From the IMG/VR virus record IMGVR_UViG_3300049822_000176, positions 1 through 64,000 of that record: a stretch of DNA of 64,000 nt; one strand, 5' to 3'. Numbering within the stretch: position 1 is the first letter of the stretch; each line of letters starts with the position of its first letter. Source of the DNA: a virus. The translations under genes and the position numbers were made by a program. Under the pieces are notes generated by a model. It was not told where the DNA came from. It saw only the letters and a list, made by a program, of their open reading frames with translations, and did no database searches. Shown here in pieces: positions 1-10,100 of this stretch.

Positions 1-237
1 GGGGGTGGTCCAGGCGCGCACGTCGAGTTGCCCGTCGAACCGCTTACGGGCGGTTCCGGGCTGCTCCTTGGGGCCGTCGCTGATCCGCTGCACCATCTCG
101 CCGTAGATCCAGTTCAGGAAGCGGTGGGCTGGGAGGCCGGCGGGGTCGATTCCTGCGGCGGCTGCGTGTCCGTCGAGCTCGTGCCAGATTCCGGGCTCGG
201 TGGCCCATCCGATGAGGGCTGCGACGGCTGGGTAGGG
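1..237 (-). CDS. tail assembly chaperone -1 frame (gpT-like) extension, partial, runs off window start
   Basis: The frame -1 relative to 114..590 reads ...AVAALIGWATEPGIWHELDGHAAAAGIDPAGLPAHRFLNWIYGEMVQRISDGPKEQPGTARKRFDGQLDVRAWTTP. It is protein-like and open to nt 1. This fits the G/GT chaperone arrangement that precedes a tape-measure gene. Confidence 0.5.
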
Positions 238-590
238 CGCAGGCCGTAGGCCTCCAGCAGCCATATGACGACGTCGGCCATCTGGTCGTCGTCGATCGGG
301 TTGGCCTTGTCTGCCAGCCGCTTCGCGAACCGGTCCCACGATTCGGGGAGGAGCGCGAGTTGCACGGCGGCCTTCAGCAGGTCGTGCGTTTCCTGGTAGC
401 TCTCGACGCGGCCGGTGCGGTTGTAGAGGGTGACGAACTCGGCGTAGACGTCGCCCGGCAGGACGGGTGCCGGCGTGAACGTGTCGCCGTCGATGGTGAA
501 GGCGAGCGACGGGCGGGGGCGGCTGAAGTCCCGGCCCGGGGGTGCGGCGAGCGCCGGGGTGCCGTTCGCGTGTGTGAGGAGCTCGGTCAT
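114..590 (-). CDS. tail assembly chaperone (gpG-like)
   Basis: 158 aa from ATG 590, the last part of track ORF 114..1685: MTELLTHANG...LAFTIDGDTFTP...DDQMADVVIWLLEAYGLRP. Size, position after the neck genes and an overlapping -1 frame fit a chaperone. The S/T/P-rich tail is the out-of-frame reading of the gpT frame. Confidence 0.65.
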   Translation of the reverse strand: MTELLTHANGTPALAAPPGRDFSRPRPSLAFTIDGDTFTPAPVLPGDVYAEFVTLYNRTGRVESYQETHDLLKAAVQLALLPESWDRFAKRLADKANPIDDDQMADVVIWLLEAYGLRPTQPSQPSSDGPPSPESGTSSTDTQPPQESTPPASQPTAS

Positions 591-597
591 GGTGGGG

Positions 598-630
598 ACG
601 GTAGGCACCCCCGGCCCATGATCATTCCGG
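598..630 (-). promoter_or_regulatory. conserved late element copy A (CCGGAATGATC-N12-TGCCTACCGT), 7 nt upstream of ATG 590
   Basis: The minus strand reads ccggaatgatcatgggccgggggtgcctaccgt, then ccccacc, then ATG. Geometry is the same as the copy at 20362..20394. Confidence 0.5.
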
Positions 631-634
631 GCGG

Positions 635-1024
635 TCAGAGAGCGAACCTGAGCGCATCCCTGAGGAACTCGTTCGGTCGATTTCCCGGATGGTTGACGTA
701 CTTCGCGTACACCACCCGGCCGTCTACCGTGAACCGCAGCACGCCGCCCGGTCGGCGCGGAGAGATCCGGTGGGGGCGAGTTCCCAGGGTCACGAAGAGC
801 GCTGCTGGGTGATTGACTGTGATGACGCCTTCGAAGTCGCGTCCCGCGCTGCGGATCTGTGCGCGGATCGTCGCCCCCATGCTGCCGGGGGCGCTCCGTA
901 CCGCCTCCGCCTCCACGCGCAGGAGACGGCGTGTCATGTCGCGGTACACGAGCCCGCCGGGCAGGCGCAGCATCCGCTGCACCCTTGTGCGGTCCAGGTT
1001 GAAACTCGTCGACACAGAAAACAC
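635..1024 (-). CDS. HK97 gp10-like neck/tail-completion protein
   Basis: 129 aa with a GTG start. ...VITVNHPAALFVTLGTRPHRISP...VVYAKYVNHPG resembles the HK97 gp10 family. It lies immediately upstream of the chaperone gene. Confidence 0.65.
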   Translation of the reverse strand: MFSVSTSFNLDRTRVQRMLRLPGGLVYRDMTRRLLRVEAEAVRSAPGSMGATIRAQIRSAGRDFEGVITVNHPAALFVTLGTRPHRISPRRPGGVLRFTVDGRVVYAKYVNHPGNRPNEFLRDALRFAL

Positions 1025-1033
1025 CCGGGCCCC

Positions 1034-1540
1034 CTAGTTTCGGGCCAGCGAGACGACGGCGCGCAGCTCGTTGCCGACGCAGCCGCCGGACGGACCCTGC
1101 GAGGTAAGCGGGCGCAGGATGAAGTCGGCGATCTCCCGGTCCCGGTTCATCTGGCACAGCTTCACCGACACCGCACGGAGCATTTCGTAGGCGTCGCGCA
1201 GCACTTCCTGAGCGGACGTGTCCAGTTCGGCCGTGGTCGGCGCGGTCATCGGATCGTCCGGGTTCGGTGCGCAGCGGACCACTTGGATGATGACCTCGGC
1301 CGCTTCCCATGGCGCATCGCAGGCGTTGCCGACGCGGCGCGTGAGCGGGTCGGGGAAGGTCTCGGTGAGGTAGATGGTGCCGACGGATACGGCGAGGAGA
1401 CCGCAGTCGCATTCGTCCCAGGCGATCAGGCCGGGCACCACGGAGTGTCGGTCGGGTTTCGTGGTCAGCTCGGCGTAGACCGCCTGCTCCAGAGTGGAGG
1501 CGACCGTGTACCACTTGAGCTCGCCCGTGATCATCGGCAT
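1034..1540 (-). CDS. virion neck/connector-region protein (hypothetical)
   Basis: 168 aa from ATG 1540 (MPMITGELKWYTVAST...), 2 nt after the upstream stop. Placed by synteny between an adaptor-like and a gp10-like gene. Confidence 0.55.
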   Translation of the reverse strand: MPMITGELKWYTVASTLEQAVYAELTTKPDRHSVVPGLIAWDECDCGLLAVSVGTIYLTETFPDPLTRRVGNACDAPWEAAEVIIQVVRCAPNPDDPMTAPTTAELDTSAQEVLRDAYEMLRAVSVKLCQMNRDREIADFILRPLTSQGPSGGCVGNELRAVVSLARN

Positions 1541-1542
1541 GG

Positions 1543-2382
1543 TCAGGTCCCCGCTCTGCGTACCGTCGGCCGGTCCACGCTGTACACCCGCGAGCGTTGC
1601 CGCAGCCCGCCCGGATTCCACGTCGCCACGAACATGTCCACCAGATACAGCCCGGTACGCCCCTGCCGGAACAGGGCGCCCACATCCGGATACGAGATCG
1701 TCACACCCTGCCGCACCAACTGCTGCAACCCCGCCGGAAGCTTGCAATCCCCGCCGTCCGCGGCCTTCGCGATCTCACACGCCAACTGGCCCATCGCCAG
1801 CGCAGCACCATCCGGGACGACCTCGCCGAACGTAGCCGTCACCGACCACGTATCAACCTCGCTGTCGTCCTTGGACAGGTCGTTGCAGCGCGGCCACCTG
1901 CCGCCGTCCGTGCGGACCACGATCCGGTTGTTGTCCAACCGGTACGCGCCGGACACCATCGGCGTCCCGTCGATTTTCACTTCGATGATCTGATGCACGG
2001 GCGCGGGCAGTACGAACTCGCTGACGTCGCTGCACGAGCAACTCCCCGGGCATGAGCCGCACGTCAGGTTGAACCACACCCCGCCGATCAGCGCGGGCTG
2101 CGGATAGGAGTGGGCAGACCAGGAGGGGCCGAAGTCGTCGAAGAACGACCCGTCATCACACGACCGCGCGCACGGCCTCAGCGTCACGTTGCACAACCCG
2201 AACCGCATCCCCGTCAACGCCCACAGCGTGTCCGTCGCCATGCTCACGGCGAGCCCCGTCACCGCAGGATTCAGCGTCGACACTTCACACGTCCACGACA
2301 CCGGCCACGGCGAACACGGCCCGAAGTCCGCACCCCCGCCAGGGCTGACACCACTAGCAGGCGTCGGATTGATCACCGGCAC
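1543..2382 (-). CDS. Cys-rich virion structural protein (possible head-tail adaptor)
   Basis: 279 aa, GTG start preceded by AAGGAG, tightly packed in the structural operon. The functional call rests on position only. Confidence 0.5.
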   Translation of the reverse strand: MPVINPTPASGVSPGGGADFGPCSPWPVSWTCEVSTLNPAVTGLAVSMATDTLWALTGMRFGLCNVTLRPCARSCDDGSFFDDFGPSWSAHSYPQPALIGGVWFNLTCGSCPGSCSCSDVSEFVLPAPVHQIIEVKIDGTPMVSGAYRLDNNRIVVRTDGGRWPRCNDLSKDDSEVDTWSVTATFGEVVPDGAALAMGQLACEIAKAADGGDCKLPAGLQQLVRQGVTISYPDVGALFRQGRTGLYLVDMFVATWNPGGLRQRSRVYSVDRPTVRRAGT

Positions 2383-2393
2383 AAGGCGTCTCC

Positions 2394-3575
2394 TTACGGT
2401 GTCGGGAACTTACCCGCGCGCACGAAGACTGCCTGCGCGGGATTGGACAGATCGGTAGCTGTCTTGACCACGGCGATGTACCCGACCAGACCCCCGTTGC
2501 CTTCCACGAAGTACGGGTTGACCGTGTAATTGTTCCCGGCGCCGATGGCCGCCACGGCAGCGGAGAGACTGGCATACGTGGACTGCCCGTAGGTGATGAC
2601 CGTCTGGAACGGCGGATCGTTGGCGAACTGCCACACGCGCAGGATCTGTGACTGGTTGGCGCCCCCGCCTACGGGGGTGAGCACACCGCCGTTGTCGTAG
2701 TTGGCCACGTCCACCACGGTGGTGATGGCGGGAGCCACCGTCGTGTTCTGCAGGATCTGAATGAACTGCACCGGGGCCTGCGCCTGTGTCGCCACCACAT
2801 GCGGGTTGTTGGTGAGCACGTTGTTGTCGTAGTGGTTGAACGACCTGGCGAAAATGGTGCCGGCGCTCTGGTTGAGCTGAAGGTTCGCCCCGTTCGGGGA
2901 GATCACGCCTCCGCTGATGACGAACGCCCCCAGCGCTTCCATCAGGTCGTGGAGTTGTCCCACCGGGTTGGCGAGGACCACGGGTACCGACTGGGACACT
3001 CCGATCACGCCACCCGTGTGCGCGGTCACCCCCAGCAGGATATGGGTACGCCGCTGGCTCACGTCCGGCTTGGCCGCTTGCTGGATCACGGCTCCGGTGG
3101 AATCGATCAGCCAGTAGGTGACCGCGCGCGCGAGTGCGGCCGCGTCCATCGGGACGGTCTGGTCCTGCGTTTTCACCCGAGTGATGACCGGCTCGGACTG
3201 ATCGCCCGCCATGTAGTCGACGATGTATCCGTCCATCGCGCCGATGTCCACCGACGACGGCACGAGGGCGTTCGGGGTCAGCTCCCCACCCGAGGCGACG
3301 CCCGTGGACAAGTCGGCCTGTTCCTGCGACATTCCCACCGTCACACCGAACGTCTCGGTGTCCAGGTGCACCCAGTACTCGCCGGGCTCCGCCCAGAATG
3401 ACAGCACGCCCGTACCGTTGGTGCTCGTCGGGTTCGCCAGCGGCACAGTGCCGGAGGCGTCTGTGTAGAGCGTTGCGAGGGTGCTGGAGTTCTTGGGGAA
3501 GATGCTGGAGGCCACGTTCGCGGCCAGCACCCCGCTGGGGAACCAGAAAGTGTCTGTGTAGTGGGCGAGCGCCAT
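2394..3575 (-). CDS. virion structural protein, function unclear (fibre/decoration-like)
   Basis: 393 aa with ATG 3575. T/N/G/V-rich beta-type composition (…NGANLQLNQSAGTIFARSF…), located in the head-to-neck block. Confidence 0.55.
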   Translation of the reverse strand: MALAHYTDTFWFPSGVLAANVASSIFPKNSSTLATLYTDASGTVPLANPTSTNGTGVLSFWAEPGEYWVHLDTETFGVTVGMSQEQADLSTGVASGGELTPNALVPSSVDIGAMDGYIVDYMAGDQSEPVITRVKTQDQTVPMDAAALARAVTYWLIDSTGAVIQQAAKPDVSQRRTHILLGVTAHTGGVIGVSQSVPVVLANPVGQLHDLMEALGAFVISGGVISPNGANLQLNQSAGTIFARSFNHYDNNVLTNNPHVVATQAQAPVQFIQILQNTTVAPAITTVVDVANYDNGGVLTPVGGGANQSQILRVWQFANDPPFQTVITYGQSTYASLSAAVAAIGAGNNYTVNPYFVEGNGGLVGYIAVVKTATDLSNPAQAVFVRAGKFPTP

Positions 3576-3593
3576 CGGGTTCCCCTGGCGTGG

Positions 3594-4271
3594 TTATGCG
3601 GCGAGTGTGGTCGGGTCACAGGCCACGGTCGGGGGTGCGGTCGTCGTCACATTCCACACCCAGTGCTCGTCGGTTTCGATGCTCGCCCCGGCCGGGAGGT
3701 AGTCGTCGCCGACGAGGGTGTCCCACGTTGCTGCTGCGCCCTGCGTCTCGGACGTGAACTGGAAGATGGTGCGGCCGTTCTCGACGGTCTGTGAGCCGAT
3801 CTTCGTTGCGCCGACGTTCGGCCACGCATGGTAGATGTACCGCTGGTTCCCGGACGCGTCGCACGCCCCGGACCCTGCGACTTCCTGCCACACCTCGAGC
3901 GAGTACCGGTTGGTGGGGTTGCCTCCGGCGACAGCGAAGCCGGTGCCGGTGGTGGGGCTGCCGGTGGTGAGTTCGCGGGCGGAGATGATGTAGGCGATCG
4001 CGGACACGTTCACCTCGCACATCTGCACCGTCAACCCCATGCGCTTCAACGTGGGGTCGTCTTTCTGGTTGACGCACGCCTCACCGGATGCGGTCCGCTC
4101 GAAGAACTCTTGCCCGTCTTCGTAGTCCGGTTCCATCTGGACCTGGACGAATCCGGAGCTCACGGCGACCATGCCGGGAGTGCCGGTGACGGGGATCCCG
4201 CACGCGTTCAAAGCGATGATCCGCATGTGCGTGCCCTTGATCGGAGTCACGCACGTCGACGTAGCTGCCAT
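3594..4271 (-). CDS. virion structural protein (tail-tube-like or capsid accessory; uncertain)
   Basis: 225 aa, AGGAG before ATG 4271. The beta-rich sequence (RYSLEVWQE, RYIYHAWPNVG, TIFQFTSET) recalls major tail/tube proteins, but the gene sits before the connector genes. Confidence 0.5.
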   Translation of the reverse strand: MAATSTCVTPIKGTHMRIIALNACGIPVTGTPGMVAVSSGFVQVQMEPDYEDGQEFFERTASGEACVNQKDDPTLKRMGLTVQMCEVNVSAIAYIISARELTTGSPTTGTGFAVAGGNPTNRYSLEVWQEVAGSGACDASGNQRYIYHAWPNVGATKIGSQTVENGRTIFQFTSETQGAAATWDTLVGDDYLPAGASIETDEHWVWNVTTTAPPTVACDPTTLAA

Positions 4272-4283
4272 AGTGATCTACTC

Positions 4284-5162
4284 CTATTCGGTGGGCACGC
4301 CCAGGGTGATGTGCGCGGCCAGTAGGCAGCACTCGAACCCAATCAGGTAGGTCCGCTCGGCCAGCATCCGGATCGTGTTCGAGGTCCGGTCCAGGGAGTC
4401 CCGCAGCCGCGACACATACGGATCGGAGCGGTACCCCCACGCCGCGCCCGTCGCATAAATCCAGGCGGTGCCGTCCGCGGCGTCGGTCCCGTCGGGGGCA
4501 CTGCCCGTGTAGCCGGTCCCGGCCACGATCAGGTTTCCCGCCGGCGTGACGAGACGTCCGTCGACGAGGGCGGCGAGGTTCCAGGCGGCGAGGGTGGGCA
4601 GGGCGCTGCGGGGGACGTGGATGATGCCTTGTCCGGCGTAGCAGTCGGCGAGCTGCTGTTCGAGGATGCCGAGGGCATGGACGACGTCCGCGCCGCCGGT
4701 GACGAGGGGGGTGGCGACGGTCTGCAGGACGATGTCCCCGTCGCTGCTTTCGGTGTCTGCTGCGAGGTGAGGGAACACGACCGGCTGGCCGCCCGCGACA
4801 CCGGTCCAGAACGCGGTTTCGACCTGTGTCTGCTCGACGCGCGCCAACGCGTCCGAGGCGACCGTCTCAGCGTCGGCGACGCCGACGGGCGAACACTCGA
4901 ACTCGGCATACACCGTGAACGGCAGCGCCCCCCGCAGCTGCTGCTCCACGTTCGCGGTCTTCGCCGGAGGCGTGGGAGGGGCGCCGGTGCCGGTGACGGA
5001 CAGGCATTCGTCGTAGGTGGTGTCGCCGGTCGGGCAGCGTTCCACCCAGGTGATGCCCTGCTGCCAGTGCGGGCCGCCCACGGTCGGGTGCTGGACGGTG
5101 TCCCACAGCCCGTAGGGGAGAGGGGTGAACACTGCTGGCAGGTCGACGAGTTGGCGGGCCAT
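4284..5162 (-). CDS. structural protein with HK97-capsid-like sequence features
   Basis: 292 aa. VETAFWTGVAGGQP, GIIHVPRSALPTL, DGRLVTPAGNLIVAGTGY and AERTYLIGFE resemble conserved blocks of HK97-family capsid proteins. This is from recollection and has not been searched. Confidence 0.45.
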   Translation of the reverse strand: MARQLVDLPAVFTPLPYGLWDTVQHPTVGGPHWQQGITWVERCPTGDTTYDECLSVTGTGAPPTPPAKTANVEQQLRGALPFTVYAEFECSPVGVADAETVASDALARVEQTQVETAFWTGVAGGQPVVFPHLAADTESSDGDIVLQTVATPLVTGGADVVHALGILEQQLADCYAGQGIIHVPRSALPTLAAWNLAALVDGRLVTPAGNLIVAGTGYTGSAPDGTDAADGTAWIYATGAAWGYRSDPYVSRLRDSLDRTSNTIRMLAERTYLIGFECCLLAAHITLGVPTE

Positions 5163-5204
5163 CGGCGCTCACCCCTTTCCCTGGGTTGGTGTCACGGTCA
5201 GGCG

Positions 5205-6965
5205 TCAGACGCGGACAGTGCCGGTGAGGAGAGCCGACGTGGAGCCGTTGACGTTGAAGCCGACGCGGTAACGGCGCGACTCGTGGCCGACGCGGGCGAT
5301 GAGGTGGGCTTCCTCGGACCAGGCGGCGGTGTGGTCGTTGGTCTCGTTGAGAACCGAGTCGCGGACGACGCCGAGGTCGAGGCTCATGCCGTTTCCGTGG
5401 AGGAACGTGCCCGCCGGGTACATCAGGAAGTCGACGGTGGTCGGCCACGCGGTCATCGCGGTCGCGTTGCCGAACTGGCTCGCGCCGCGGACCTGCCAGT
5501 CGTCGACCCACTGCGGGCGGACGTTGCGGGCCAGGAAGTACGAGTCGATCTCCGCGTTGCCGACGGCGAGGAGTTCGACGCCCGCCTTCCACGCGAGGTC
5601 GGCGCGGATGACTTCCCGCACCCACTGCGGGAGGACGATCTCGAGGACGTCGTCGATGCACATGCCGTACCGCTCGCGGGTGTCGACGGCGGCAAGGGCG
5701 GCGGCGTTGAAGATGCGGGGGGCTGCCGCGTCGGTGGCCGCGCCGCCGCTGATGGTGATCGCGGCGGTGGACAGGGTCAGCATTTGCGCGATCAGGTTGG
5801 CGTTGACGGCGTGGTCGTGCGCGGCCATCAGCAGTTTCAGCGTGTTCGCGGTCGCCTCGGGGTAGGCGTCGTTGGCGAGGTTGCCCGCGGTGAGGCAGAT
5901 GCCGTACACGTCGAGGCGGGCCTCGTCGAAGTCGGGGCACGGCACCCGCAGGCACGGCTTCGTCGGGGAGCCGGTTGCGGCGGCGATGTCGTCGGCTTCG
6001 GTCCACAGCCACGGCACCGATGTCACGCTGAGGGTTTCGGCGAACGGGGCGAACGCGATGGAGTCGACGGCGTCCGCGAGGGACGGCGACACGGGGAACT
6101 GGACGCCGCCGCGGGTGACACCGAACGTCGGCAGGTCGATCATGCCCGAGCTGCAGGCGATGTTGAAGAAGTCGTAGCGGATCTCGCTGGGTGCGCACCA
6201 TCCGCCGGCCGCGACGAGGGCTTCGGCGTCGCCGTCGCGGGAGGTGAGGAGACGGAACAGTCCCTCGACCTGGCGGGCGGGGGTGTGGTCGTCGACGGTG
6301 TGGGCGAACTCGTTGCGGATGGACGCGACGAGCTGGTGGTTCGGGTTGCCGCGGGTGACCGGCATGCTCTTGGCCTTGCGGGCGACGACGTCGGCGACGG
6401 ACGCGAGGTTGGACAGCTCGCCGCCGTGGGCGACGCCGGGGATGTCGACGGACGCGGTGACGGCGAGACGCTTCTCCGGCATCTTCGGCGCCGGGGCGTG
6501 CTGCGCGGTCTCGGCGAGCGATGCGGTCGCGCGGCGGGCGATCTCACCGGGGCGAACGCTGCTGCCGCGGCGGTCCATCATGAAGCTGGCCAGTGCCGCG
6601 GTGACGCCCTGCGCGGTGGCCTCGGCGATGGCGCCGGTGTCGACTGCTGCGGGGGCCTGGGAGTTGGTGTCCGCTGCGGTCTGTCCGTGGACGCGTTCCC
6701 TGAGGGCGGCGAGCTGCTCGCCGACGCGGGTGCGCTGGAGCTCGGAGTTGGCCTGGGCGCGGACCTCGCGGACGCGGAGTTCGGCGCGGATGCGGTCGAG
6801 GTCGTCGGCGAGGCGCATCGCGTACTGGAGGGTCTCGGGGTCGACGTTGTCGATGGCTTCGACGCGGTCGAACTCTGCGGCTCCTCGGCTTTCGAGGTCG
6901 CTGAGTTCGGTGTCGCTGGAGAGGGTCAGGTCCGGCGGGGCGTTGAAGAGCTCTTCGGCTGCCAC
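5205..6965 (-). CDS. major capsid protein with N-terminal scaffold-like coiled-coil domain
   Basis: 586 aa, GTG start with GGAGGA RBS. About 150 aa of charged coiled coil at the N terminus, then ...ALVAAGGWCAPSEIRYDFF... as seen in actinophage capsid proteins. It follows the protease gene. Confidence 0.8.
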   Translation of the reverse strand: MAAEELFNAPPDLTLSSDTELSDLESRGAAEFDRVEAIDNVDPETLQYAMRLADDLDRIRAELRVREVRAQANSELQRTRVGEQLAALRERVHGQTAADTNSQAPAAVDTGAIAEATAQGVTAALASFMMDRRGSSVRPGEIARRATASLAETAQHAPAPKMPEKRLAVTASVDIPGVAHGGELSNLASVADVVARKAKSMPVTRGNPNHQLVASIRNEFAHTVDDHTPARQVEGLFRLLTSRDGDAEALVAAGGWCAPSEIRYDFFNIACSSGMIDLPTFGVTRGGVQFPVSPSLADAVDSIAFAPFAETLSVTSVPWLWTEADDIAAATGSPTKPCLRVPCPDFDEARLDVYGICLTAGNLANDAYPEATANTLKLLMAAHDHAVNANLIAQMLTLSTAAITISGGAATDAAAPRIFNAAALAAVDTRERYGMCIDDVLEIVLPQWVREVIRADLAWKAGVELLAVGNAEIDSYFLARNVRPQWVDDWQVRGASQFGNATAMTAWPTTVDFLMYPAGTFLHGNGMSLDLGVVRDSVLNETNDHTAAWSEEAHLIARVGHESRRYRVGFNVNGSTSALLTGTVRV

Positions 6966-6980
6966 GTTGTTCCTCCGTGG

Positions 6981-7017
6981 TCAAAGGGTGGTTTGCGGGC
7001 TCGTCAACGCCCTTTGA
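6981..7017 (-). promoter_or_regulatory. inverted repeat (TCAAAGGG/CCCTTTGA, 21-nt loop) just upstream of the capsid gene RBS
   Basis: Read directly from the sequence. It lies in the 194-nt lower-GC spacer, which also holds TTGACT-N17-CTATGC on the minus strand (7032..7060). Confidence 0.3.
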
Positions 7018-7159
7018 TCACGGAGGCTAGCGCATAGCACACGCACTGGCAAAGAGTCAATTCTCTTTACCGGTGCGGTAAACATAATGGTCAGACGCTT
7101 GGAGGGGGCGGCGGCGGGGGTGCCGGACGACGCCTCTTATTGCAACTGCACATTCCCAT

Positions 7160-10100
7160 TCACCCCCTTCCCGGGTGGACTCGGCGCGACAGCATACGCA
7201 TCACGATCCGGACCGCGTCCCGCTCCACCTCCGCCTGCGAACGACCCCACGCCACCGTCGGACGACCAGCCGCCACCAGCGCCTGCGGAGCACCCGACGC
7301 CACCCGCGCCCGCATCTTCGGCACCGGGAACCCCGGCACGTTCACCCCAAGCAGACCCACCAGCCTGAGCTGTCCGCCGATCCGCCGCCAGTCCCCCGAC
7401 ACCTGACCCGCCGCCTGCAGCTCATACACCTTCAGCGGATCCGCGCCCGGCCGGATCGCCCCCGCCACCCAGATACCGTGCGCGTCGTTGCCGACGGCCA
7501 CATCCGCGACCGCCGCGCCGGTGTTGTCGTAGTGCTCCGCCGCCGGAGACGCCCCGTAGTGCAGCGGCGCATGCCCCGTGCCGACCGTGATCTGACCGAC
7601 CGCCACCCGCGACCCGTCCGCGCACACCACCTCACCCGTGCGGTAGTACGGGTGCGCGTCCTCGTGCGGCGGCTGCACACACACATCCTCCTGCCCGATG
7701 TGACACGACCCCCACTGCGCGGCATGCCCGTAGATGCGGCCGTCGTCCGTCACCGTGATCGGCGTCGGCAGCGACAACCCCGGATCCGAGAACCAGGCAG
7801 CCGGCGGCCGGAACACCCCAGCCGCCGCAGCGGTCACCGGGTGCAGGGCACGGAACGGCTCCGGCTCCTGCCCGGCGTCCCGCAGATGCGCGGCGACGTG
7901 GTCGTACACGCCACGCCGGTCCGCGTCCGGAATGCTGGCACCGCCGCGCGCGCCGTGCAGCGCGCCGATCGCCGCGGAGCACGCGGCGAGGTTCGCCGCA
8001 CCCGCGTTGCCGTCCGCTGAGATTTCGTGGTGCAGGAACTTCGCCGCCGACTTGGGGAGTTCGCCGTCCTCCACCTGCCCGCCGTCGTACCAGGCATACG
8101 CGGCACGCGCCTTGGCCAGCGTCAGCGGGCCGTCGAGGCGCTTCTCGTTCGCGGCCGCGTCCCACGGCCCGTCCGTGGTGGCGGTGGTGTGGGTGCCGAC
8201 CGCGCCCAGCTCCTGCACGGTGAGCGCCTGAAGTTCCTGCTCGGTGACCGGCTGCCCGCCGGCGACGACCGCGCCGGCTTCGTCGAGGAGGGCGATGTAC
8301 GCCTCGGCGAACGCGGGGATGTCGACGAGGGTGGCGGCGCGGATTCGGCCGCCGTGGAAGATGACTTTTTCGGGCTGCGCGAACAGCATCTCGAACGGGT
8401 CGTCGTCTTCGCCGTCGCTGGTGCCGGCGTTGACGTCTTCGGGCCACACGAACTCGACGTCGGCGTCGGCGATGGAGTCGGCGTCGATGCTGACGCCGCG
8501 CAGGAACTTTCCTTCGATTTTGGCGTGGACGCGGCGGCCGTCGTCGTCGGACAGATCGAGGACGCCTTCGCCCATGATGAGGCTGCCGTCGCGCCAGACT
8601 TTGTCGATACGGCCGACGTTCACGGCGATCGTGCGGGCCTCGCCGCCGTGGGAGTCTTCCTTGTTCCAGCGCAGGGGGACGGGGAGTTCGGCCCAGGTGA
8701 GGGCGTCGGGGGCGAACTCGCGGCCGTCGCCGGTGACGATGCCCTCGACGGCGAGGGGGCCGCGCCAGGGTGCGGTCTTGCCGGTGTAGTCCATGTTCTC
8801 GTCGCCGTCGTCGGCGGGCATGTCGCCTGGCACGTCGGCTTCGTTGAGCATGGCGGCCTGCCGGTCGGCCTCCTCCTGGGTGGCGTAGCAGCCTTCCACC
8901 TCTTGGGTTTCTTCGTTGACGACGGCCCACGGCGTGTCGGCACCGCAGTCCGGGTTGTCCTGCATCGTGCGGTACACGGTGCCTCCCTGCTCGTGTTGGG
9001 TCGGGGGGATTGTGGCCGCACTCGCCGCCAAGATCATTCCGGCTGCTGCCTGCTCGTCGGGCTGCGGCCACACCGTGACGAGCGTCCCCCGGCAGCGCGC
9101 ACCGCCCAGACAGCCGGTGTAGCCGCCCGTCGGGTACGCCTTCCGCGCCGCCGTCAGCTCGGTGTACTTCGTGCCGTCGATGTCCCGGCACGGCTTGCAC
9201 GAGTTCTTGTCGAGCGCCTCGCTGGCCGTATATGTGGCGGGCGGGGCGACGGCGAGGACAGCCATGCGGCCCTCGTTCTGCGCCGCGGTCATCGCCGCAC
9301 CCACTTGCTCCTCCAGCTGCGCCCCCGAGAGGTCGGCAAGATGCGCGTCGACTTGCGCGGCGACCTGCTCCGCCGTTCCGGAGCCCCACACCCGCATCGC
9401 CTGCCGCGCCGCCGACTGCACGAGCCCCACACCGAGAACACGGGCGGCGGTACGGCCGATCTGCCGCAGCCGATCCCGGATCGCCGCCGCGGTGAGCGCC
9501 TCGTCGTCGAGCGACCAGTCGGGGACGGTCACGCCTTGCGCTTCGGCTTCGGCCTGCTGCTGGTCGCCTGCCTCCCGCGCGTAGGCGATCATGCGGGCGA
9601 TGAGGAGACGCGCCCCATCCGCGGTGTCGACCGTGAACGAGTTGAGGCGGTCGAGGTCGTCGGCTTCCGCCGCAGCCTGCACCGCGGCCGTGATCTCCTC
9701 GCGTTGCGCGGTCTGCACGTCCGCCCACGCGGTGACGGTGGCGTCCACGGCGTCCCGCCACGCCTTGTCCATCTGCGCGAAGTCGACGCGGGAGGCGAGT
9801 TCGAGTTCGGTTGGCTGGCGGCGCAGCGGCCCGGCCGCCGCGGTCACCGTGTCGCTCAGGGGGATGTCGGTGTAGTCGCCTGCGAACTCCACCCTCACCC
9901 GGTCGAAGGTGACAAGGCCGAGCCGCTCCTCCAGGGCGATGATGAGGTCGAGCTCCGCCGAATACGCTGCACAAACATGGGCGACCCAGGGCGTGTGCGG
10001 GGCCGGGAGCTCGACATCGATCGGAGCGGCGAGCAGTGCCTCTTCGGCCATGCCCTGCGCTGCCTCCAGCGACTGGCCATGCTCGGGGTCATCGCCGACG

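Noticed and set aside
114-240. S/T/P-rich C-terminal tail of the chaperone as a possible glycosylation target for the sugar cassette
   Set aside because: The tail is the out-of-frame reading of the gpT-like coding frame, so its composition is probably incidental.
591-1685. N-terminal 365 aa of the 523-aa track ORF 114..1685
   Set aside because: This part is R/P/G-rich junk overlapping the gp10-like and neck genes in another frame. Only the last 158 aa (from ATG 590) look like a real protein.
4617-7037. 806-aa plus-strand ORF, with similar giants at 8027..10549 (+, 840 aa), 7632..9974 (-, 780 aa) and 20678..22579 (+, 633 aa)
   Set aside because: These are antisense or out-of-frame readings of clearly recognisable capsid, polyprotein and other genes. 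Their composition is dominated by G/R/A/V/D/H runs, which is typical of stop-free non-coding frames in high-GC DNA.
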